Below are positions 56,915 to 64,000 of a stretch of DNA of 64,000 nucleotides, one piece after another. The position numbers and the translations under genes are program-made. Origin of the DNA: Candidatus Xenobia bacterium (GTDB taxonomy: Bacteria > Vulcanimicrobiota > Xenobia > Xenobiales > QWHO01); assembly GCA_045863235.1 (NCBI GenBank), contig BTUM01000043.1, forward strand, positions 1-64,000. The letters run 5' to 3'. Under the pieces are notes generated by a model. The model saw only the letters and a program-made list of their open reading frames with translations. It searched no databases and was not told the origin of the DNA. How positions within the stretch are numbered: the first letter of the stretch is position 1; each line of letters opens with the position of its first letter.

Positions 56915-58706
56915 AAGAGCCCTTCTCCTCTTGCTCTGTCTCTTGCTCCTGCCGGTCGCGGCTCAAAAGCCGTCCGACGTGCAGGTGCGGGCCTGGCTTT
57001 CGACCGGCCCCAAGGTGCATCCGGGTCGCTGCCAGGCAGTCGTGGTGGAAATCGAGAACCTGGGCCCCGAGCGCACCTTTGCGCTGACCCTGCAGCACGG
57101 CAGCCAGCTTCCCATGACCGCTCCCCTGAACGTGTTGGTCCCTTCCGGCGCCCGCCAGGAGTTCCAGATGGCGGTGCCCAGCTTCGAAGGCTGGGGCGGC
57201 GAGCTGGAGGTGATCGTGCGCAGCCGCGAGCGCAAATTGACCTCCGCGGTGCTCAAGTATGATACCTTCGGAGAGGGCCTGGCGGTGCTGCTGGTGGCCC
57301 CCCCCGACAAGAATTTTGGCCACCTGGGCGGCTACTCCGAGCTCTTGCCCGAGACCAACGGCAATCATCCGCCCGTCTACCTCAACGCCCAGAACGTGGG
57401 CCTGCCCACCCACTGGAGCGGCTTTCTGGCCGCCGATCTGATCGTGGTCCACGACCTGCCGCGCCTCAACCTGCCTGCCTCGACTCTGCAGGCGTTGGCC
57501 GACTGGACCCGGGCCGGCGGCCGGCTGGTGCTGGTCTCCTCGGGCGACCCGGGCGAGTACCGGGGCACCCCGCTGGAGAGCCTGCTGCCCCTCGTGCCCG
57601 GATCTTCCACGGATCTGCCCGCCTGCCCCATCGTGACCGGCGAGGTGCGGCCCGAAGCCGTGGTGGAGCAAGAGCTCGAAGGCCTGCCGGCCCTGCTCGT
57701 AGCCCCCGCCCTGAACGGCTCGGTGTGGCAGTTCACTGTGCCTGCCTCCAAGGACACCGTGCTCGGCTCGGACCTGAGCAAGACGTTCTGGAAGCCGGTC
57801 CTGAACAACATCAAGCCCTTCGACAACTTCGGACTGCGCAGCGACAACCTGCTCTACCGGCTGCCCGAAGCCAGCCTCCCCTCCCCCGGCCTGATGGCCT
57901 GGGGGTTGGTGCTCTACGTGCTGGTGGTGGGCCCGATCAACTTCTTCCTCCTGAAAAAGCGCGACCGCATGCTCTGGATCTTTGTCTCGGTGCCGATCCT
58001 GGCGGTGGGCTTCACGCTGGGCATGTTCTTGACCACCCAGCTCTCGCGGGGCACGGTCACGGTGGTGCGCGAGGTAGGCCTGCTCCAGCTGGCCTCGGGC
58101 CGCTCCCAGGGCCTCCTGGAGGGCCAGGTGACGCTGTTTGCCCCCTTCCCTCACCGTTACCAGGCCCGCTTTCCCCGGGCCACGACAGCTCTGGCCGAGA
58201 GCTCGATGCGAACCGACCCCCAGCCCCCGGCCCGACTGACCGAGGAGATGACCTATCCAGACCTCGAGATGCGCATGTCCTCGCTGCGCCGCTTCTCGAT
58301 CCGAGCCGTGCCGGAGCTGGCCGGTCCCATCAACCTGTCAATGAAACGCTCGGGGCAGTCGGTGGAGCTGGTGGTGGACAACCGGAGCGACCTCAAGCTC
58401 ACTTCCTGCTGCCTGGTGGTGGGGGATCGGGCCAGCAAGTCCTTTGAGGTGGGCCCGGGCAAGAGTCGGCACAAGCTCGAGCTGGGGATGGCCGATGCCA
58501 ACGCTCTGACCGGCAGCTTGCTGAGCAACACCGACAGCCGGGAGGACCGTTTCAAGGTGACCGATGCGGCCCTGAAAGCCGCCTTCACCAGCCAGACGAA
58601 GGGAACGCTGATCGGCTGGAGCGACAGCCTGAGTTGCGGGCTGGAGCTGAACGGCCTGGCCGTCAAGCACCGCGACTACCTGCTGGTGGTGGAGACCGAG
58701 CCGTGA
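56907..58706 (+). CDS. Exported / membrane protein with a GATase-like domain
   Basis: Signal-like N-terminus from GTG 56907; ALADWTRAGGRLVL; LYVLVVGPINFF TM pair. Confidence 0.78.
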   Translation: MSKRALLLLLCLLLLPVAAQKPSDVQVRAWLSTGPKVHPGRCQAVVVEIENLGPERTFALTLQHGSQLPMTAPLNVLVPSGARQEFQMAVPSFEGWGGELEVIVRSRERKLTSAVLKYDTFGEGLAVLLVAPPDKNFGHLGGYSELLPETNGNHPPVYLNAQNVGLPTHWSGFLAADLIVVHDLPRLNLPASTLQALADWTRAGGRLVLVSSGDPGEYRGTPLESLLPLVPGSSTDLPACPIVTGEVRPEAVVEQELEGLPALLVAPALNGSVWQFTVPASKDTVLGSDLSKTFWKPVLNNIKPFDNFGLRSDNLLYRLPEASLPSPGLMAWGLVLYVLVVGPINFFLLKKRDRMLWIFVSVPILAVGFTLGMFLTTQLSRGTVTVVREVGLLQLASGRSQGLLEGQVTLFAPFPHRYQARFPRATTALAESSMRTDPQPPARLTEEMTYPDLEMRMSSLRRFSIRAVPELAGPINLSMKRSGQSVELVVDNRSDLKLTSCCLVVGDRASKSFEVGPGKSRHKLELGMADANALTGSLLSNTDSREDRFKVTDAALKAAFTSQTKGTLIGWSDSLSCGLELNGLAVKHRDYLLVVETEP

Positions 58707-59620
58707 TCGAGTGTCGGGCGCTGAGCAAGGACTACGGCAACCACCTGGCTTTGAGCAACCTCTGCCTGAAGGTCGAGTCCGGCGACGCCTTCGGATTCAT
58801 CGGCCCCAACGGAGCCGGTAAGACGACCACCATCAAGATCCTGGCCACTTTGCAGGAGCCCACCGAGGGGGAGGCCTGGGTGGGCGGCTATTCGGTGATC
58901 GACGAGCCCGACGAGGTGCGCCGGGTGCTCGGCTACATGCCCGATCAGTTCGGCGTCTACGACGGCATGCGGGTGTGGGAGTATCTCGAGTTCTTCGCCG
59001 CCGCCTACCGCGTCGAGCGCCCCAAGCGGCGCAAGCTGGTGGATGACGTGCTGGAGCTGACCGACCTGGGCAAGCGGCGCGACAGCTTCATCGAGACCCT
59101 CTCCACCGGCCTCAAGCAGAGAGTCTGCCTGGCCAAGACCCTGCTCCACGACCCGTCCGTGCTGATCTTAGACGAGCCGGCCTCGGGCCTTGATCCCCGC
59201 GCCCGCATCGAGCTCAAGGAGCTGCTGCGCGAGCTGACCCGGATGGGCAAGACCCTGTTCGTCAGCTCCCACATCCTGCCCGAGCTGGCCGACTTCTGCA
59301 ACAAGGTGGGCATCATCGAGAACGGCCGCCTGCTCGTCAGTGGAGACGTGCACGAGATCCAGTCCGGCCTGGGGCGCGGGCGGCGCATGCGGGTGAAGGT
59401 GCTGCGCGAGCAGGAAGCGGCCCTGGCCCTCGTGGACGGCTTCAACGAGTCGGCCGACGCCTTCCTCGAGGACGGCGAGATCCAGTTCGAGTACCGCGGC
59501 CCCTACGAAGCTCTGGCCGACCTGACCGAGCAGCTGGTGCGCTTCGGGCTGGTGGAGTTTGCCGAGGAGAAGACCGATCTCGAGGACCTGTTCCTCAAGG
59601 TGACGGGAGGACCGTCTTGA
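58703..59620 (+). CDS. ABC transporter ATP-binding protein
   Basis: GPNGAGKTT, LSTGLKQR, ILDEPASGLDP, SSHIL. Confidence 0.95.
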   Translation: MIECRALSKDYGNHLALSNLCLKVESGDAFGFIGPNGAGKTTTIKILATLQEPTEGEAWVGGYSVIDEPDEVRRVLGYMPDQFGVYDGMRVWEYLEFFAAAYRVERPKRRKLVDDVLELTDLGKRRDSFIETLSTGLKQRVCLAKTLLHDPSVLILDEPASGLDPRARIELKELLRELTRMGKTLFVSSHILPELADFCNKVGIIENGRLLVSGDVHEIQSGLGRGRRMRVKVLREQEAALALVDGFNESADAFLEDGEIQFEYRGPYEALADLTEQLVRFGLVEFAEEKTDLEDLFLKVTGGPS

Positions 59621-61056
59621 CCACCATCACCCGCCCGCGAGGGGGCCTCTTCAAGCGCCTGGCCCGAGCCCTGTTCGACAACCCGGTGCTGCTCAAGGAG
59701 CTGCGCCAGGGCCTGCGCGAGCGGCGCATCTTTGTCATTCAGACCATCTATCTCTTGCTCCTGGGGATGGTCACCCTGATCTACCTGGCGGTGGTGTCCG
59801 ACCGCAACGATCCGGCTGCCCTGGCCGAGTCCGGCAAACAGTTCTTCCAGGTGCAGTTCTGGATGCAGCTCATCATGATCATCCTGATCACGCCCAGCCT
59901 GACCTGCGGCCTGATCTCCACCGAGAAAGAGCGCCACAGCCTGGAGATGCTGCTGGCTTCGCGGCTGGCCCCCTCCGACATCGTGCTGGGCAAGCTGGGC
60001 TTTGCGCTCGCCTTCATGGCCTTGCTCTTGTTCTCGGCCATGCCGCTCACGGCCCTGATCTTCTTCGTGGGCGGGGTGGCCCCGGGCGAGTTCTTGCTGG
60101 CCTACTTCCACCTGGCCATCGCAGTGCTGATCGCGGCCCAGATCGGGCTCACCTTCTCGGCCCGCGAGAACAAGACCAACCACGCCACCAACCAGACCTA
60201 CGGGCTGGTGGTGCTGGGCCTGATCGTGTTCATGTTCTTGATCGTCCCGCTGGGCTTGATCTTCCAGGCCACCGCCGGCTGGTTCCCGTTCGCTCCCGAG
60301 CTCGTGCTGGTACTGGAGATCGCTTACCTGGCCACGCTGATGTTTCTCAAGACGGTCAACCACCTGCGCCCCGCTCTCAAGAACATCTACAACCTGTGCC
60401 GGGCTTTCATGCTGGCCTATCTGGTCAACGTCGCCCTGGTGGCCTATACCGTGGCCACCAACGCCAACGGGTCGGACGAGCCCGCCCTGTGGAGCGCGAT
60501 CCTGGTGATGCACCTCTTCCTGGCCGGCTTCTTCGTGCACGTGCCCCGCTTCATCAACCCCTCCGAAGCGCTGCGCTACCGGCGCTCGTGGTTCTCACGG
60601 CCCACCTTCTGGTGTTTGTTCTTTGCGGTGGGGCTGTTCTGCCTGGCGGGCGCCTGTCACGGGGCGGGCAACGGGATCTGGGTCTTCTCGGCGGCCGGGC
60701 TGGCGGTGCTCTTCTTGTTCTCCTACCAGGCCCTGGCGCGCTGCTTCGCGGCCATGATCGGCCCCAAAGCCCATGTTCCCACGCTTTACTACATCCTGGT
60801 CTCGGTCACCACCATCGTGCCGGTCTTCTGGCTGGGCGGCTCGGGCGACACTTACAGCATCTTCACCGGGATCTTCCTTTCGCCGGTGCTGGCCACCGTG
60901 GGCCTGGCCGAGGGCGAGCCCAACCTGACGGGCGACATTCCGGTGGCGGTGGTCTCCTGCGTTTTCTACCCGGCCGCCACCGCGCTCTTCTACCTGGCGG
61001 CCCGAAAGCGCCTGGCGGCCGAGCTGGCCCCGGCGGCGCGGCGCGATAACCGGTGA
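59617..61056 (+). CDS. ABC-2-type permease
   Basis: NPVLLKELR, ISTEKERHSLEMLL, IVLGK; many TM segments. Confidence 0.9.
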   Translation: MTTITRPRGGLFKRLARALFDNPVLLKELRQGLRERRIFVIQTIYLLLLGMVTLIYLAVVSDRNDPAALAESGKQFFQVQFWMQLIMIILITPSLTCGLISTEKERHSLEMLLASRLAPSDIVLGKLGFALAFMALLLFSAMPLTALIFFVGGVAPGEFLLAYFHLAIAVLIAAQIGLTFSARENKTNHATNQTYGLVVLGLIVFMFLIVPLGLIFQATAGWFPFAPELVLVLEIAYLATLMFLKTVNHLRPALKNIYNLCRAFMLAYLVNVALVAYTVATNANGSDEPALWSAILVMHLFLAGFFVHVPRFINPSEALRYRRSWFSRPTFWCLFFAVGLFCLAGACHGAGNGIWVFSAAGLAVLFLFSYQALARCFAAMIGPKAHVPTLYYILVSVTTIVPVFWLGGSGDTYSIFTGIFLSPVLATVGLAEGEPNLTGDIPVAVVSCVFYPAATALFYLAARKRLAAELAPAARRDNR

Positions 61057-61949
61057 GCTCACTGATCGAGCCGGAGCTGCTGCGCCGACTCGAGCGCCTC
61101 CAGGTGCTCTCGCGCCGAACCCGTTCGCGACAGGCCCCGGGCGAGCGCAAGAGCGGCCACCGGGGCCGCTCGGTCGAGTTCGCCGAGCACCGCGACTATA
61201 CGTTCGGCGACGACTTCCGCCACATCGACTGGAACGCATACGGCCGCCTCGAGCGGCTGTTTCTCAAGTTGTTCGTGGAAGAACGCGAGCAGACCGTCAC
61301 GGTGCTGGTGGACCGCTCCGCCTCCATGACCTGCTCGTCTCCCCTGGGCCCCCAGGGCCCGTCCAAGTTTGACTTCGCCCGCAAGCTGGCGGCGGCCCTC
61401 AGCTACATCGCCCTCTGCTCCTATGACCGGGTGGCCGTGGGCCTGTTGGGCCAGAAGCTGGAGGACTACCAGCAGCCGGTGCGGGGCCGCAACCAGGCCC
61501 TGGCGCTCTTTCGCTTCCTGGAAGGGGCCGAGTGCCGCGGTGAAGGCCAGCTCGACGCGGCCCTGACCGACTACGTGCGCCGCTATCCGCGCCCGGGCAT
61601 GGCCATCGTGCTGAGCGACTTTCTGGTGCCCGGGGCCGGCATCACCGGGCTCAAGCACCTGCGCTACCAGAAGTACGAGGTATTCGCCCTGCAGGTGCTG
61701 CACCCGGGCGAGCTCTCCCCCGAGCCGGGGGGCGACCTCAAGCTGGTGGACGTCGAGTCGCAGGGCACCCGCGATCTGACCCTCACCTCGGGCGTGCTCA
61801 GGGCCTATCGAGCGGCGCTGCAGCGCCACAATCAAGAGCTGGAAGCCTGGTGCAAGAAGACCGGCTGCGGCTACCTGCAGGCCTCCACCGTGGAGGCTCT
61901 GGAGGGCCTGGTGGTGGGAGCCCTGCGCCGGAGCGGCCTCCTGCAATGA
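61053..61949 (+). CDS. DUF58 protein
   Basis: GRSVEFAEHRDY..GDD.RHIDWN, VDRSASM, LSDF. Confidence 0.95.
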   Translation: MSSLIEPELLRRLERLQVLSRRTRSRQAPGERKSGHRGRSVEFAEHRDYTFGDDFRHIDWNAYGRLERLFLKLFVEEREQTVTVLVDRSASMTCSSPLGPQGPSKFDFARKLAAALSYIALCSYDRVAVGLLGQKLEDYQQPVRGRNQALALFRFLEGAECRGEGQLDAALTDYVRRYPRPGMAIVLSDFLVPGAGITGLKHLRYQKYEVFALQVLHPGELSPEPGGDLKLVDVESQGTRDLTLTSGVLRAYRAALQRHNQELEAWCKKTGCGYLQASTVEALEGLVVGALRRSGLLQ

Positions 61950-63679
61950 AGTTCCTCGACCCCGGCTCGCTGGTCTGGCTCTCGCTGCTGCCCTTGCTGG
62001 TGATCTTCTACCTGATGAAGCTGCGCCGCAAGCGGGCCGAGGTGTCGGCCCTCTTCTTGTGGCAGGCGGCCGCCCGCGAGGCGCGGGTGGACAGCTTCTT
62101 TCAGAAGCTGAGAAACAACCTGCTGCTGTGGCTGCAAATCCTGGCCCTGCTGGGGCTGGGCCTGGCCCTGGCCCGCCCCTACGCGGTGGTGAGCGGCAAG
62201 GTCTCGCCTCAGGTGGCCCTGGTGCTGGACGTCTCCGCCTCCATGGGAGCCTCCGACGGTCGCTTTGAGGCGGCCCGCAAGCGCGCCCTGCAACTGGTCG
62301 ACCAGGCTCCCCGCGGTACCGAGCTGACCCTGGCCGTGATGGGACGCGAGGCGCGCGTGGTGGTGCCCTTCACCACCGACAAGGAGCAGCTGCGCCGGGC
62401 GCTGCGCTCGCTCACCCCCCAGGCGGTGGAGGAAGCGCGCCAGGGGGCCCGCTCGCTGCTGGCCTCGCTGTTGGCCAACCGTCCCCAGGCCGAGGCCTTC
62501 CTCCTCAGCGACCATCCCCCCACCTGGGAGCTGCCTCCCCGCGTCAGCTATCTCGCCCACGGCGAGCCGGGCGACAACCTGGCCATCTCCGCCTTCCAGA
62601 TCGCCCCTGGCGATCCGCTCCAGGCCTTCGCAGCCATCACCAGCTATGCCCGCGGGGTGGAAACGGTGGAGCTCGAGCTCTTGCAGGGCGGACGGGCCAT
62701 CGACCGGCGCCAGCTGACCCTGCCGGGAGGAGCGCGCCGCACCATGGTGGTGGCCGTGGACCCCGACGGCAGCCCCGAGTTCGAGCTGCGCTTGCAGCAC
62801 AAAGACGCCCTGGCGGCCGACAACGTGGCCTGGGCGGTGGCCCCCCGTCAGCGCCCGGTCAGGGTCGGGGTGGTGGGCGATCCTCCCCTCTTCGTGCTCA
62901 AGGCCCTGCTCTCGATCCCGGGCGTCGAGATGTTCCGCGGCCCCGAGGGCGACCTCACGGTGTGGGCCGAGGGCCAGCCCACCGGCAAGGGCGTGCACCT
63001 GGTGCTCGAGCCTCCCGAGAAAGTGCTCAAAGGCCCCTTCAACCTGACCGCCGGCACTGATCCGCTGGTGCGCGACCTGCCCCTGGACCGGGTGTTCGTG
63101 CGCAGCGTGGCCCCCCTCAGCTCCACCACGCGCCAGCGGGTGCTGGCCCGGGCCGGGGCCCACCCGGCCATCGTGCTCGATGAGGAGCGCTTCCTGCGCT
63201 TCGGATTCGACCTTTATCAGTCCGATCTACCTCTCTCTCCGGCCTTCCCCATCCTGCTCCATCGCCTGGTCGATCAGCTGGTGCGCGGCCTGATCGCGGC
63301 CGTTCCGGTCGAGGTGGTGCCGGGCACGGGCCTGGAGGTGGCCACCGACCAGAGCGTCACGGTGCGTCGGCCGGACGGCGGCAAGCTCACCCTGACCCCC
63401 ACCGCCGGGAAGGCGGTGCTGGCCGAGACCGACCAGGCCGGACTCTATCGCGTCGAGCTCAAGGGTCAGCAGTATCCCGTGGCCGCCAACCTGCGCTCGG
63501 CCACCGAGAGCGATCTGCGGACCGAGGCCGGCCACGACATCCTGAGCGGCCTGGCCACTCCCAGGGACCAGCCGGCCGCCTCCCACTCGCTGGTGCGCGA
63601 GTGGTGGTGGGAGCTGGCGCTGGGGGCGCTCTTCTTGCTCATGCTGGAGTGGTACTGGTACCACCGGAGAACGAGATGA
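61946..63679 (+). CDS. BatA N-terminal + vWA domain membrane protein
   Basis: MKFLDP...LALARP; LDVSASM MIDAS; LSD; C-terminal LMLEW. Confidence 0.92.
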   Translation: MKFLDPGSLVWLSLLPLLVIFYLMKLRRKRAEVSALFLWQAAAREARVDSFFQKLRNNLLLWLQILALLGLGLALARPYAVVSGKVSPQVALVLDVSASMGASDGRFEAARKRALQLVDQAPRGTELTLAVMGREARVVVPFTTDKEQLRRALRSLTPQAVEEARQGARSLLASLLANRPQAEAFLLSDHPPTWELPPRVSYLAHGEPGDNLAISAFQIAPGDPLQAFAAITSYARGVETVELELLQGGRAIDRRQLTLPGGARRTMVVAVDPDGSPEFELRLQHKDALAADNVAWAVAPRQRPVRVGVVGDPPLFVLKALLSIPGVEMFRGPEGDLTVWAEGQPTGKGVHLVLEPPEKVLKGPFNLTAGTDPLVRDLPLDRVFVRSVAPLSSTTRQRVLARAGAHPAIVLDEERFLRFGFDLYQSDLPLSPAFPILLHRLVDQLVRGLIAAVPVEVVPGTGLEVATDQSVTVRRPDGGKLTLTPTAGKAVLAETDQAGLYRVELKGQQYPVAANLRSATESDLRTEAGHDILSGLATPRDQPAASHSLVREWWWELALGALFLLMLEWYWYHRRTR

Positions 63680-64000
63680 TCGAGTTCTCTCACCCGCTCA
63701 TGCTCGGGCTGCTGCTCCTGCTGGTGCCGGTCTGGGCCATGTGGGCTCGCTCCAAAGCGGGCATGGCCCCCGAGCGGCGCCTCTTGATCCTATTCGTGCG
63801 CCTGGTCATGGTGGCGGCTCTGGTGCTGGCCCTGGCCGGCCCCCGCGCCCGCCTGGACTCGGATCGCATGACCGTGCTCTTCCTGGTGGACCGCTCGCTC
63901 TCGACCCGCAATGCCTCCGATAGCTTCGCCCGCGGCTACGTCGACCGGGCCGTGGCCCGGATGGGGCCCAAGGACCGGGCCGGGGTGGTGGTCTTCGGGC
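63676..64000 (+). CDS. Second vWA-domain membrane protein, 3' truncated by the window
   Basis: Hand translation MIEFSHPLMLGLLLLL...LALAGP...VLFLVDRSLS...DRAGVVVFG. Confidence 0.85.
   Translation, partial: MIEFSHPLMLGLLLLLVPVWAMWARSKAGMAPERRLLILFVRLVMVAALVLALAGPRARLDSDRMTVLFLVDRSLSTRNASDSFARGYVDRAVARMGPKDRAGVVVFG

Overview
High-GC bacterial chromosomal segment. The lineage is only inferred (possibly Eremiobacterota/Vulcanimicrobiota or another Terrabacteria group, from the N-terminally extended L27 and Gram-positive-type SOS boxes). Recognisable genes: infA, rpmA-obgE, a MacAB/LolCDE-type ABC exporter, a four-gene minor pilin cluster, two Ser/Thr kinases, GDPD, a CarF/TMEM189 desaturase, USP, a secreted CHAT protease, a serine hydrolase-NamZ fusion, PP2C, a WYL regulator, a DUF2156 aminoacyl-PG synthase domain protein, a MoxR-DUF58-vWA-ABC cluster, and a DUF222 gene cut by the left edge. 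Two features stand out. (1) A ~680-nt non-coding unit on the minus strand (about 36087 to 35410) lies between a near-consensus sigma70 promoter and an intrinsic terminator. It consists of three diverged ~200-nt copies of a highly structured RNA, with compensatory base changes including a pseudoknot, and matches no RNA class I recognise. (2) Six unrelated proteins without signal peptides end in the same identically spaced motif, [IV]-x6-[ILVF]-[VL]-V-G-G-V-x-[LV]-x-x-R, a candidate sorting or export signal. Also seen: a dispersed repeat (4 copies) carrying NrdR-box-like sites, many apparently leaderless genes, an FrpC-type self-processing module with Thr-Pro in place of Asp-Pro, a PRTase-PQQ fusion and an elastomer-like Gly-Pro repeat protein. 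All family calls are by eye; no database searches were run.
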